Below are positions 8,054 through 18,277 of a stretch of 64,000 bases of DNA, one piece after another. Origin of the DNA: an uncultured virus (IMG/VR IMGVR_UViG_3300035698_023946) (taxonomy: Duplodnaviria; Heunggongvirae; Uroviricota; Caudoviricetes). Position 1 is the first letter of the stretch, and each line of letters begins with the position of its first letter. A model generated the notes under the pieces. The model saw nothing but the letters and a program-made list of their open reading frames with translations. It was not told the origin of the DNA and searched no databases. The stretch lies in IMG/VR virus record IMGVR_UViG_3300035698_023946; one strand, 5' to 3'. Position numbers and translations under genes: made by a program.

Positions 8054-10198
8054 TCAGATTCTTCCTGGACCAAATCCATAGCCTTGCACTCCTGCCCCGA
8101 ATATGCTCTGTGAGGCTGGTTGATCTGAAGAGAACCCTATGGCATACGAACCGGAGGAACGACCCATAGGAGAATCGTATGAGGAATAAACAGCCCCTGC
8201 GAGACAATCCGCTAAATCTTTAGTATTCACTTTTCCGCTTTTTGAGACGCTCACCTTTAACCCACGGCCCTTTATGTCTTCGATTCTTCTGAGGCTTTTC
8301 AGTTCATCTATCAACAAATGATCGTTACAACATACGCGAACCTTTCCCTCCTGGAACAATTGTAACAATAAACCGTAAATATTACCACCATTTAAACCAC
8401 TAAAATTAACCGATTTCAAATGAACTCCAGCTTGAGCGAATTTGAACTTACTTTCTTCAGACTGCATCAAATCATAAGTGACCATATGGACATGAAACCT
8501 TTTAGCAATTTCAATCAATTTGTTATTCAATTCATCTATGTTGTAGGTTTCTCTATCTGATCCATCATAAATTCCCGTTCCAGATGATGCATAAGACCAG
8601 TAAAATGAGGAGTCTTCGACAAAAATCTTTTTTTCTTTAATTTTCCTATCTTCCTCCCAGTGCCCTACTAAGCAAGCATAATTTGCGCTACCAGTACCTG
8701 CCCAATCGATATGCATGAAATACCTTTGCGTCAAGTCGGGGACCAGATCGAAAGGAAGTCTCTTCCTTTCATAGTCAATCGAATCATCGATCAAACGATG
8801 CGGAATGAAAACATCAGAACCAGCCGCGACGAACTGTCCTCCATAGACCTTCTTAAACTTAACTGAATTTGGATCTCCACCAAATTCAGATCCATATTTT
8901 CTAACTAGAGACCTAATTGAATAAATCCGATTGTATTCCCATGTCGGCATCTGAAAAACCAAATGTTGATCGAAATAACTTTCGCCTACCACATCGTCAT
9001 AATCTAATTCAGTATCTGGATCGTCCTTGACAATTTGCTCATATTCTTCTTCTTGAGTTTTCTTGACTCTAAATCCTTCCAAATCTGTTCCCTGAACAAA
9101 ATGCTCATAGAATTTTCCTTCAGGTAGATCGGGGGCCGAAATCAAAATGATTCTTCCATCTCCTCTTCGTTCTCTGTAAAGAGAAGATGCCGGAACGAGT
9201 GCTTCAAGAATTGTGGCATCAGCATTAGCTCCTTCTTGATTAAACAATGCAAATTCATCGAATATGGCCAGAACGGCCCCCAACCCATGAGCACCCTTAC
9301 TGTTTGCTCCGACAGTCTTAATCATCAGGCTACCCTTATGCTCTGGTTGACCATGCTCCAACATCCTTTCACCATGAACTATGTCTGCTTCAGTTTTGAA
9401 GTAGATGATTCCATCTCCCTCTAGGTGTATCCACCTACCATCAAAAAACGTTGTTTCAGCTAAATTGTCTAAAATGTATTTTAACATGGGGTCTTTGGCC
9501 TGATCTTGTTTGGTGGCCGCGAGAAGGATTCTTAAAGGCTCGAACCCTCTGATCTTATAATATGCTTGAGGATAATTGAGTAATGTGTCTCCGCACTCTG
9601 GACACTTTTCACCACTTCTCTTATTAACAGCTTCCTTACACCTTTTACAAGTAACAATGCTTAACAGCTTGTAAATTTCATATGTCGCTATGAGAGCTGA
9701 CAAATAAGACTTTCCACTACGACGACCGAGAACGAGGACCAAATAGTCAAATGGATTCTGAGATACATTCGGATCTTTTAAGATATTGAATTTTTCACCC
9801 AACCAATAATTACCTCCCCACTGTTGAACGTCGTCCTCGATTATGGATTCATCATTTATGATGTTTACGATATCTTCATCCTTAGACAATTTTTTCATAT
9901 AACTATTGTCAACATAAGAGCTATAATTACAAACCGTCTTTATGAGATCGGCATCTTCCGAAGTTAACTCCAAATTCTCATTCCCTAAAGTTTTGTAGTA
10001 AAAAAGCTTAAGACATAATTTCATATAAGGAAATTCTGAAAAATCTGTATGAACAAAATCTTCAGCAAAAGTAATGATATCTACGATGTTCTTTTGATCT
10101 GTCTTAGACATGATCTCGGACTGCTTATCTCTAAGCACTTCCGACATTATTTCTGAGATAGATTTAACTTTTTGTTGCTTCGGTTTTCTTCTTACCAT
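8054..10198 (-). CDS. terL: Terminase large subunit
   Basis: LGRRSGKS Walker A, AIFDE Walker B, ILISAP motif III, HIDWA and DLADCL nuclease motifs. Confidence 0.9.
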   Translation of the reverse strand: MVRRKPKQQKVKSISEIMSEVLRDKQSEIMSKTDQKNIVDIITFAEDFVHTDFSEFPYMKLCLKLFYYKTLGNENLELTSEDADLIKTVCNYSSYVDNSYMKKLSKDEDIVNIINDESIIEDDVQQWGGNYWLGEKFNILKDPNVSQNPFDYLVLVLGRRSGKSYLSALIATYEIYKLLSIVTCKRCKEAVNKRSGEKCPECGDTLLNYPQAYYKIRGFEPLRILLAATKQDQAKDPMLKYILDNLAETTFFDGRWIHLEGDGIIYFKTEADIVHGERMLEHGQPEHKGSLMIKTVGANSKGAHGLGAVLAIFDEFALFNQEGANADATILEALVPASSLYRERRGDGRIILISAPDLPEGKFYEHFVQGTDLEGFRVKKTQEEEYEQIVKDDPDTELDYDDVVGESYFDQHLVFQMPTWEYNRIYSIRSLVRKYGSEFGGDPNSVKFKKVYGGQFVAAGSDVFIPHRLIDDSIDYERKRLPFDLVPDLTQRYFMHIDWAGTGSANYACLVGHWEEDRKIKEKKIFVEDSSFYWSYASSGTGIYDGSDRETYNIDELNNKLIEIAKRFHVHMVTYDLMQSEESKFKFAQAGVHLKSVNFSGLNGGNIYGLLLQLFQEGKVRVCCNDHLLIDELKSLRRIEDIKGRGLKVSVSKSGKVNTKDLADCLAGAVYSSYDSPMGRSSGSYAIGFSSDQPASQSIFGAGVQGYGFGPGRI

Positions 10199-10203
10199 TA
10201 TAA

Positions 10204-11025
10204 TTAGACTTTAGAAGGATCAGGGCGATGACGAACCATGGTCTCGACTACCTCCTTCGCTTTCTCAGGGGTTTCTCCGGCAAATATGTTACTGATCCAA
10301 GTCTCGCAAAACTCAATGAGAGATTTATTGATGTCGTCTGCCGTGAGCTCGTTTCTCAACATTTTTTCTTGTCTATCTAACAAATCGGCATAAGCTTTCA
10401 CAGAAGTATTTGAAGCTCTTATGAATTCGAAGAATACTCTTTTATCCTTACCTATGTCCAGAGTATTGATGAGAAGTATGTTCCTATTAAGAATTCCCTT
10501 CAAACGATCTATATCATCAGAAGTTGACAGATTCCTATTCTTAGCGACTTCATCCGTGATACTTTTTTCATAATGAGCAATTTGCAATCTATTTGTTTCT
10601 TCTATTGGAAGAAAGTGCTTGTTCATATGCCTATAAAAAGCAGTTTCAGAAGGACTCTCTTCAGCACCATAAGTATCAATGATGTACCTAAGTACATCTT
10701 GAGCATTGCCATTAGACGTTCTATAAATTTCATGTATTCTCGGGTCTCTAGAAGCAAATTGACAAGTTTTACAATTTCTTTTATAATGAAAATCTAAAGC
10801 TTTCAGATCCATTATATCTCCATCATTGGTATATCCCTCTTCTTCAATTTCTTCAATATCCACCTCTTCATCGAAACCGTCCATCTCATCTTCATCCATG
10901 GGAATCATATTAGATAGAGAATCTTCCATTTCCTCAGACTGCCTAGAAATAGGGGCAATATCTTCTGGATCGATCTCTACGATTTCAACTTTTCCTTCTA
11001 AATCTTTAACATCTGGTTCTTTCAT
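10204..11025 (-). CDS. Putative terminase small subunit / HTH-containing protein
   Basis: Immediately upstream of terL; CKTC plus FYRHMNKH segment followed by a helical region. Confidence 0.45.
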   Translation of the reverse strand: MKEPDVKDLEGKVEIVEIDPEDIAPISRQSEEMEDSLSNMIPMDEDEMDGFDEEVDIEEIEEEGYTNDGDIMDLKALDFHYKRNCKTCQFASRDPRIHEIYRTSNGNAQDVLRYIIDTYGAEESPSETAFYRHMNKHFLPIEETNRLQIAHYEKSITDEVAKNRNLSTSDDIDRLKGILNRNILLINTLDIGKDKRVFFEFIRASNTSVKAYADLLDRQEKMLRNELTADDINKSLIEFCETWISNIFAGETPEKAKEVVETMVRHRPDPSKV

Positions 11026-11029
11026 TTTT

Positions 11030-11584
11030 TCACAATCCTAGTTTGTATTTGCATTTCACACTTGAAGATTTTTTAGTTAAAAATGGGCAAGTATCACAAA
11101 GTTCCTTTTTAATTTCACTTTTTCTCATAGGGCAATAGCAATGTCGTTCAAAATTATGTTCATAAAAATTCAATTCTCTTCCATCATGCTCTTTTAAACT
11201 ATCAATGACGATCATTCTTGGTGACCAAATTCCAAACATATCGAAATAAAATCTTTCACACCATAAAAAAGATTCATCAAAAACAATATTCAACTTGTAG
11301 TTGTCATTGTTTAAAAACTTTTTAGCCGCACTACTAAATATACGTATTTTTTGTCCGACATATATCTTTAGCGTATTATGGATCTCGTCTAGGAGTCTGT
11401 CGTCATAGCTATCGTTAATAGCCGTTATGGCTTCTTGTATTTGCAATTCTACGATATGTTCAATAGGTAGGATGGGACCTATAGAATAAGAAAAAGACAG
11501 TACTTCAACAATACTGTCTAATTCATACGAGAAGATAGTTTCTGTTACGATGTCTTTAACATCTTCGTATTCTGTAGGACGCAC
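11030..11584 (-). CDS. Hypothetical protein with C-terminal Cys cluster
   Basis: 184-aa ORF with CYCP...CDTCP...C. Confidence 0.7.
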   Translation of the reverse strand: MRPTEYEDVKDIVTETIFSYELDSIVEVLSFSYSIGPILPIEHIVELQIQEAITAINDSYDDRLLDEIHNTLKIYVGQKIRIFSSAAKKFLNNDNYKLNIVFDESFLWCERFYFDMFGIWSPRMIVIDSLKEHDGRELNFYEHNFERHCYCPMRKSEIKKELCDTCPFLTKKSSSVKCKYKLGL

Positions 11585-11613
11585 TTGGAAACATGGCGCT
11601 TACCTTTTTTAAA

Positions 11614-12573
11614 TTAAGCAACGATCACAACTCTAGATTTGTAAACATCTTCTTGAGAGTAAACTTCTGTACACAAGTGTTTTCCATCTCTAGCAACACC
11701 CCAATCTGGATGGCGATGTAATTCAATTGCAATTCCTTCAGTATTTGCAGAAGAGACGATCCCCTCTACAATCCCTTTGTTAGGAATATTCCATTCAACA
11801 ATAGCGCCTGTTTCTATTTTACGATTGTTAGAATCAACATATACTAAATCCGGTTTTTCTTCAGAAGAATCATCGACTAGCCAGTAGCATTCACAGCTTT
11901 CATTGTTGCAAACTTTCACCAAGGGGTCATCTACCAATGTGGCCACAATCGCTCTTGGATTTCCATTATTTATGTCAAAATCAACAAAATCATTTTCCGT
12001 GAAAGCTCCTCTCGCCTTAACTACGACACTGACCTGAGAATCTTCTTGTCCGAAAACGTAATAAGCATAAATCTGACCTAATTTATGTTCGGCACCAACA
12101 ATCGGCATTCCTCTAGCGTTATTAACATCTAAAGTATTGTTTACTACAGATTCCATTGTTGTTACTTTAGCGAAGTTCTTCGTTCCACAAGAAGTGCAAA
12201 CTTGGCCATTCGCCTTAAGATCTTGCAAATGAGACTGTTCTCCACAACTCATACATTCGTAAATGTGCTCTAAATCGATTTGTTCTTCAACAGATCGATT
12301 TTCTTCTTGTAAGTCTGGATTATCAATCACAATCCCTGGGCAATTTGCAATGGCACACACTCCCTGATTCTTTACTGCATCTTCTTCTGTAAAAAGATCC
12401 CCACAAGTATCACAAACAAATTTGGCATACCTTCTCATCGACTCTCTAGCTGCCAATCTCTTTTGAATTTGAGGATTGTTTGAATTCTCTTGTAAATTAA
12501 CCAAAAATCGATGCATCCAGCCATCGGGGTCTTGTTGCATTTTTAACAATTCTGCAGTCTCTTGATTAAACAT
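11614..12573 (-). CDS. Zinc-ribbon-containing hypothetical protein
   Basis: CDTC, CAIANC, CMSC, CTSC. Confidence 0.75.
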   Translation of the reverse strand: MFNQETAELLKMQQDPDGWMHRFLVNLQENSNNPQIQKRLAARESMRRYAKFVCDTCGDLFTEEDAVKNQGVCAIANCPGIVIDNPDLQEENRSVEEQIDLEHIYECMSCGEQSHLQDLKANGQVCTSCGTKNFAKVTTMESVVNNTLDVNNARGMPIVGAEHKLGQIYAYYVFGQEDSQVSVVVKARGAFTENDFVDFDINNGNPRAIVATLVDDPLVKVCNNESCECYWLVDDSSEEKPDLVYVDSNNRKIETGAIVEWNIPNKGIVEGIVSSANTEGIAIELHRHPDWGVARDGKHLCTEVYSQEDVYKSRVVIVA

Positions 12574-12591
12574 AATACTGGTCTCCTTAGA

Positions 12592-13740
12592 CTATTTAGG
12601 AACATTTATTAATTCCCTATCTATTAAATGCGATATAGCTATGCAAATCGCGTCAGCTTCATGCTCCTGTATCATTTTCGCCTTTTTATCCGAATGCTTC
12701 ACGGCCCACTTGATTGTCGCTTCCTTATCAGAAGCCGCATCTCCCAAAACCTTCAATTTGAAGTGTTTTGGAGAAATAGTTAAAAAAGGTATACTATATT
12801 GTTCTGCGATAAGTCTAAAAACTCCTACATTTTCATTCAACAAAGTACGAATCTTTGCAACCCCAAATCCATAGGCCGATTCTGACACAATGACCTTACA
12901 AGAATAATCAGAGACTAATTTTTCAACAAACTCATATATTTTCTTGATCGTTTTCTCACGACTGAAATAACTTGGCATCTCAAAAGTTCCAGACTCAACA
13001 CACTTGAACTTTCCATTCCGGTAATTCATGACACAGAATCCTAAATTAGTAGTTGTCGGTGGATCGATTGTCAAAAAGTTAAAATTACTGTAAAAGTTGA
13101 TCCCACCATAGAACAATGACTGAAGAATATCTTTAACGGTTAAATCTTCACACATTTCAATTACCACTGGCATATTAGAATTTTTTATCAAACCCCTCAA
13201 CTCGCGGCGGTATTTGTCAAAAGCATAATTAGATTTATGTAAACTCTTATGATAATACAAATCTGTCAAAGGAAACAACTCGACACCAAACTTGTTGTCA
13301 CCATCAGAGTACATCGCTCCACCTGAAGTCTCATATAAATGAAAGTCACAATTAAGAAAATTGCATAAAAATTTGAATAAGTCTTTTTGAGACTCTATGA
13401 TATCTTCTAAAGTTCCATCATAAAAAAAAGTATTCGCAATTTCCTTATACAATCTAGACTTTCCGCCATTACTACCCTCTATCAGAGACATCGCATCTTC
13501 AGGGATGTTCCCGTCCGGATATTCAAGACAGATATTGTTATAGTTCCAAATACGACTACCAAAATCTTTCAACTCTTCAGATTTCAACATCACATTTTTG
13601 TAATTGCTGAATTTAGAAGAGACATGTTTATGTAGTTTGGGGTTATAACGAGCTACAGCATGTGGGTTAAAAGTTCGATACTTTTCAAAAAAATGTTCTG
13701 AATCTTTAAGTATTTTTTCAGTTGTAATTCTAGCAGCCAT
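12592..13740 (-). CDS. ruvC: RuvC-like Holliday junction resolvase with long N-terminal domain
   Basis: LTIDP..TNLGF, IVSES, ISPKHFK, HEADAICIA. Confidence 0.8.
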   Translation of the reverse strand: MAARITTEKILKDSEHFFEKYRTFNPHAVARYNPKLHKHVSSKFSNYKNVMLKSEELKDFGSRIWNYNNICLEYPDGNIPEDAMSLIEGSNGGKSRLYKEIANTFFYDGTLEDIIESQKDLFKFLCNFLNCDFHLYETSGGAMYSDGDNKFGVELFPLTDLYYHKSLHKSNYAFDKYRRELRGLIKNSNMPVVIEMCEDLTVKDILQSLFYGGINFYSNFNFLTIDPPTTTNLGFCVMNYRNGKFKCVESGTFEMPSYFSREKTIKKIYEFVEKLVSDYSCKVIVSESAYGFGVAKIRTLLNENVGVFRLIAEQYSIPFLTISPKHFKLKVLGDAASDKEATIKWAVKHSDKKAKMIQEHEADAICIAISHLIDRELINVPK

Positions 13741-13741
13741 G

Positions 13742-13788
13742 ACAGTATGATATCTCCAAAATTTTTGTCTTTAGAGATATTATACTGT
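13742..13788 (-). promoter_or_regulatory. Stem-loop covering the ruvC Shine-Dalgarno, with TATAAT in its 5' arm
   Basis: ACAGTATGATATCTC (13742-13756) pairs with GAGATATTATACTGT (13774-13788), one mismatch. Confidence 0.65.
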
Positions 13789-13829
13789 TTTTGAAATGAA
13801 GATAAGGAATAAAATTTTAGGAGGAATTG

Positions 13830-14465
13830 TCAATCTTTAAAAAATCTTGCATAAATATCATCCATGATATCGCTAGACCTATCATAAAGATCACTTAAAG
13901 ATCCGTCATTATGAACTACATAATCACAATCTTCATCCTTTATTGACAAACCATTATCAGAAATGTGATCAGACAATTCGGCTCCTTCAGTTCTCTGGAC
14001 ATCTATGATGATCACATTCTTAAAACGTTCTTTAAACTTTTCGATTTCATTGTCGAAACGAACATCGGTGATAAATCCGACGGTATTACCTCCAAAAACA
14101 TCTGGAGACTTAAAGTATTCATGGATCAACTGAGTAGTCCTTTCGATCCAAACGTCATCAAAAAACATCTTCCTGAAGATATCTGACCCAATGATCTGCA
14201 TCAATTGCCTAGGAGTCGCATTCTTCGTCAATCCTTCAATTGGAACTCCACAGGGCTTTTCTTTCAAATCAGACTCCATCTGTTCCTTCTTCAATCCAAA
14301 AGCCGTATGACAAATGACCTTTATCGGGTAAGCCAAAGCCCACTGCTGAACGTACAGCCCAGAATAGTAGGATATCGCATGAGTGGCCATCCCCTCAGCC
14401 AAGGAATTCTTACCCGACCGACTTCCAGTATCTTTCGCAGTCAATAATGCCAAAACTTCCGCCAT
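13830..14465 (-). CDS. Deoxynucleoside monophosphate kinase
   Basis: SRSGKN P-loop, TPRQLMQIIG, ITDVRFDNE, HISD, NDGS. Confidence 0.85.
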   Translation of the reverse strand: MAEVLALLTAKDTGSRSGKNSLAEGMATHAISYYSGLYVQQWALAYPIKVICHTAFGLKKEQMESDLKEKPCGVPIEGLTKNATPRQLMQIIGSDIFRKMFFDDVWIERTTQLIHEYFKSPDVFGGNTVGFITDVRFDNEIEKFKERFKNVIIIDVQRTEGAELSDHISDNGLSIKDEDCDYVVHNDGSLSDLYDRSSDIMDDIYARFFKD

Positions 14466-14475
14466 GATTCATCTC

Positions 14476-15450
14476 CTATTTTAAAAGCAAAGAATCGAAT
14501 CCCATCAGAACCAATCCTAAATCACGCCTCTTCACACCGTCATCATGAGTGAACTTTCCACCCACTTCTTGAGACATCATTGAACAAAGATATCTGTAAA
14601 CGTAATCGATTTTCTCATGCCCCATCTTATTCAAATACTTCATACTCTTAGATATATAATAATATTTAAGATCTGTCAAATCTTGAATCCTATTGAGATC
14701 AATTTCATAGCCTTCATCTTTAAAAGCATTGAAAGCTTTCGAGTAGTTGAAGAAGGTTCCTCTTAAAATATCCAAGAAAGCTGTATAATTGATATCTTTC
14801 CTATCGAGAAAGGAATAGACCTTTTCCCAATCCATATTTTTTATCGCCGAGATCACACCTAACATATAATTGTTTTCTATACAGCTCGTTAAGCAGTATA
14901 AGTCATCCATGTTTGTTATTCCATAAGTAGATGCGACTAAAAGTACGGCATCTAAATCGTTCATGATTCCGCCAATTCTTGAATTAAGGACTAGCCATTC
15001 GACCAAACCCCCATCAAACACTCCCTTATATTGTGGCAAAGACAAGACAAGGTCTTTGATTCTGCGAACTTGAGCTAAGTCCGTATCTCCGAACTTGCTG
15101 TGAATTGGTTTGCAATTTACGAATTTACTACTTCCTACAGTTTTATAAAAAGTGGTACCCTTCAAATACTTGACTTCATAAGAAAAGAAAACGTAAATCT
15201 TCTTATCACATGAAAGGAGATTGTCTAAAACAGACTTGTTTTTTAAGGAGGCGTTTGAAGTTAAGATGATACACAAAATGTCAAACTTAGGAGTTGAAGA
15301 AAAAATATCTTGAGAAAAATAGGACTGACATATCTCATCGAAACTTTTGGGAGAATAAAAGTATTTTAATCTCTTGCCTTCATTATTTTTTTCAATCAAG
15401 GCTAATTCAAAGTTTACTACGTTCACATCTCCATGAAAACATTTTATCAT
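14476..15450 (-). CDS. DNA polymerase III delta (HolA)-like clamp-loader subunit
   Basis: Size and HolA-like segments (SQDIFS, VNCKP); dnaX and dnaN are in the same region. Confidence 0.55.
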   Translation of the reverse strand: MIKCFHGDVNVVNFELALIEKNNEGKRLKYFYSPKSFDEICQSYFSQDIFSSTPKFDILCIILTSNASLKNKSVLDNLLSCDKKIYVFFSYEVKYLKGTTFYKTVGSSKFVNCKPIHSKFGDTDLAQVRRIKDLVLSLPQYKGVFDGGLVEWLVLNSRIGGIMNDLDAVLLVASTYGITNMDDLYCLTSCIENNYMLGVISAIKNMDWEKVYSFLDRKDINYTAFLDILRGTFFNYSKAFNAFKDEGYEIDLNRIQDLTDLKYYYISKSMKYLNKMGHEKIDYVYRYLCSMMSQEVGGKFTHDDGVKRRDLGLVLMGFDSLLLK

Positions 15451-15911
15451 TTCGCGTTCCTGTTACTAATGAAAAGACATCGGGTTTCTTCCACGATCAA
15501 GATTTCAGATATCAGATGATCCTCTGAGACGATACTATACGTGCAACCTTCTTGATAATTTACTAGGACATACTTTTTCTTCAGCATCCCAATGCATAAG
15601 AAAAAATGACCTTCAAAATCATACTTCTCGCTATCATGTGAAACGTCAAAAAGAACGATCCCACCAGACTTCATGTGCAAGTAAACTTCCCACAATCTAG
15701 GGTCGTTCCTATACTTCACCTTCAATCTCTTGTATTGCTTCAAAGATCTACGCAAACCCGTCATGTAAGAGCCTTTAAAACTACAATTGCATCTTTTACA
15801 GAATTTCTTGAAATGATTCTTGTACGTCGTTCTAACTCCAGCCCACTTGACCACATTCATCACAGCAATTGGTCCGCAAGAGTACTTGTCATATTGTTTC
15901 AAATATCTCAT
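15447..15911 (-). CDS. C39-like cysteine peptidase
   Basis: QYDKYSCGPIA, GHFF, LVN (Gln-Cys-His-Asn). Confidence 0.7.
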   Translation of the reverse strand: MRYLKQYDKYSCGPIAVMNVVKWAGVRTTYKNHFKKFCKRCNCSFKGSYMTGLRRSLKQYKRLKVKYRNDPRLWEVYLHMKSGGIVLFDVSHDSEKYDFEGHFFLCIGMLKKKYVLVNYQEGCTYSIVSEDHLISEILIVEETRCLFISNRNAK

Positions 15912-16249
15912 TCACCTACCTCTGCAAAATTAAAATATTTGTATTCTTTTCCATCATGTGTGACACGAATGGGACTCACGCAAATCAATCCTCCGCTAGA
16001 GTAGTCACAAGGGGTTTTATCCTTGTCCTCTTCAGAGGCGTCAAAGGCACTTCTGGAGCCTTTCTTCCATCTTCCGATACACGAGAAGCCTATCGCTCCG
16101 TCAGGTGCTCCAGCGTCGATGTAGTCCTGTATAGAGGCGATGTGTCCACACACAGGACATACGAAATTCCAATCATTCTGCCTTTCACCAAATCGCTTGA
16201 CTCCTTCTGCCTTCCACTCCTCATATGTCATTTCTTTGATATCAGACAT
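15908..16249 (-). CDS. VVA0879-like Cys-rich phage protein
   Basis: EW.AEG..RFG, W.FVCP.CGH, FSCIGR, CDY..GGL. Confidence 0.6.
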   Translation of the reverse strand: MSDIKEMTYEEWKAEGVKRFGERQNDWNFVCPVCGHIASIQDYIDAGAPDGAIGFSCIGRWKKGSRSAFDASEEDKDKTPCDYSSGGLICVSPIRVTHDGKEYKYFNFAEVGE

Positions 16250-16294
16250 TTTGAATTTCCCTTCATCTTAAGATTGATCCAAAAGACTCTTTTC

Positions 16295-17758
16295 TCAACT
16301 TTTCAAGAGGATTTCACTTTTTAATCTTTGTACAAACTCTTTAGTTAATTTAACCTCTTCTTCATTCATGTATTCTGATTCTTCTTTATTCTTCAATTTT
16401 TCATCTAGCCCTTTGCGGCAAGCGATCAATTTATTGTCAAGATTGTCACACATTTCATTGCTTCGGCGGTCGATAATTTGGTCACGATCTTTTCCTATTG
16501 ATACCCATCTGATCTTCATACCGATTTGCTCTTCAATGAATTCGACATACTTTCTGGCATTCTCTGGAAGATCTTCAAAACGCCTACAACTACTTATGTC
16601 TTCTCTCCAACCAGGAAGATACGAATATACTGGACTCATGAAGCGTAAATCTTTTGTGAGTGGGAAGTCGTCCACCGCTTCACCTGTTCTTTGATCTTCA
16701 TAGGCGATGCAAACTGGGATTTCATCGTAGTTATCAAGAATATCTAATTTGGTTAAAAAGATATCTGTGGCACCATGAAGTTCTAAACCATATTTCACTC
16801 CCACCAAATCTAGATTTCCTACTCTACGCTTATTTCCACTAGTTCTACCTATCTCATCTCCAAGAGAAACTAATTTATCTGCTTCTTCATCTTTGATCGC
16901 CGTGACAAAATCGCCGCTGCCTACGGTGGTGGCATAACTTTTTATCAAAGTAATCACTTTGTCAACATGTTTTGGAGAAATTCCACATGACACAGGAACA
17001 AAAGATGCCAAACAACAAGAAGAAGTGACATGCGGAAAAATTCCATGGAAAATTGATCTTTGGCTTCCGAGCTGCGTTTCGGCAAAAATTGACTTTCCTT
17101 CCTCTAAATATTTATTAATAAGTTTTCTAGTATCTGTCAAATACGATTTTATTCTATCTCTATAAGATTTGATTTCCCGCAAAATCTCTTCAGGAGTTGT
17201 AATGGTAAGATCTTCCGAAATTAAACCTTGATCACGATACATCCCGCAAATAGCAACTTTGATATCATATGCATCTTTCAATCTATCCAAAATATATTCA
17301 TCACTTTCATATATCTCATTTATCTGTAAACTTTTCTTAGAAGATCTATCTGAATCTGCCTGAGTAACTCCCTTGCATGTACTGAAGAATTTATTCTTAC
17401 CAAGCCTTGCTTCTTCAATTAAATTTAGGTCAATATGATAAGGAAGAATCAAATGGAGACGATCAGAAATTGCAATTTTGGGATCAATGCCCATGCTATT
17501 TAACTCGTCCAACTCAAGTAAGAACTGGGACGGGTTTAGAAGCACGGCTGTTGCAATCACGTTCAAACAATCTGGATTAAAACAACCAGAAGGCATCGCG
17601 TGACAAGTAAACGAGCCGAATTCGTTACTGATTTCGCCTCCGCGATTATTTCCACCATTAACTCTAATCATCATATCTGCATCTTTAGCGAACAAATCAC
17701 AAGCACGAGATTTGCCGCTATCACCGCCAAACGAATCTGCGATCACTGTGATTCCCAT
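16295..17758 (-). CDS. purA: Adenylosuccinate synthetase family protein (divergent)
   Basis: GDSGKS, MPSG, PHVTSS, RRVG, LTKLD, LPGW, LPENA, SIG. Confidence 0.9.
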   Translation of the reverse strand: MGITVIADSFGGDSGKSRACDLFAKDADMMIRVNGGNNRGGEISNEFGSFTCHAMPSGCFNPDCLNVIATAVLLNPSQFLLELDELNSMGIDPKIAISDRLHLILPYHIDLNLIEEARLGKNKFFSTCKGVTQADSDRSSKKSLQINEIYESDEYILDRLKDAYDIKVAICGMYRDQGLISEDLTITTPEEILREIKSYRDRIKSYLTDTRKLINKYLEEGKSIFAETQLGSQRSIFHGIFPHVTSSCCLASFVPVSCGISPKHVDKVITLIKSYATTVGSGDFVTAIKDEEADKLVSLGDEIGRTSGNKRRVGNLDLVGVKYGLELHGATDIFLTKLDILDNYDEIPVCIAYEDQRTGEAVDDFPLTKDLRFMSPVYSYLPGWREDISSCRRFEDLPENARKYVEFIEEQIGMKIRWVSIGKDRDQIIDRRSNEMCDNLDNKLIACRKGLDEKLKNKEESEYMNEEEVKLTKEFVQRLKSEILLKS

Positions 17759-17794
17759 TTCTAATCCTCCATAATAGATTTTTTGAATTCTTTA

Positions 17795-18100
17795 TTAATC
17801 TTTTTCCCAACTTTCACAAGTCCACCACTTCTGCCTCTTGACATGTTTCAATTCTTTCACAGTTTCCAAGATAAACCAATTCCATGAAAACACACGGCAT
17901 TGACCCTTGACAGCTTTTCCTCTCCAAATGGGGACGTGAGTATATTTCGTCAATTCATTAACGAACCATTCATCCATCTCAAAGACGTGAGGTTTCCATA
18001 ACCATTTGATGTCAGTCCAGAACTTGGTCAATGGATTATATCTTCTGCTCCAAAAATCGTCTTGTGACCAATCGCAACTATGACAGTGTAGGTAAGCCAT
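17795..18100 (-). CDS. Hypothetical protein
   Basis: 101-aa Trp-rich ORF with CHSC. Confidence 0.7.
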   Translation of the reverse strand: MAYLHCHSCDWSQDDFWSRRYNPLTKFWTDIKWLWKPHVFEMDEWFVNELTKYTHVPIWRGKAVKGQCRVFSWNWFILETVKELKHVKRQKWWTCESWEKD

Positions 18101-18277
18101 TTATTCTGTTTCTATCCACTTTTCAATCTCATCCGCATCACAATCATCCGAATACTCACAATACTTAGAACATTCAGGAAGCATTTTCGCAATGTTCTCT
18201 TTATCTTGGTCTGTCAGGACAACCATAATTGGGCCATCGTCCGAACTATGAATTACGTTTCCTATTTTTACTTTCAT
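18101..18277 (-). CDS. Small hypothetical protein (58 aa)
   Basis: Manual translation MKVKIGNVIHSSDDGPIMVVLT...EIEKWIETE fills the gap exactly; ATGA overlap and GGAGG upstream. Confidence 0.7.
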   Translation of the reverse strand: MKVKIGNVIHSSDDGPIMVVLTDQDKENIAKMLPECSKYCEYSDDCDADEIEKWIETE

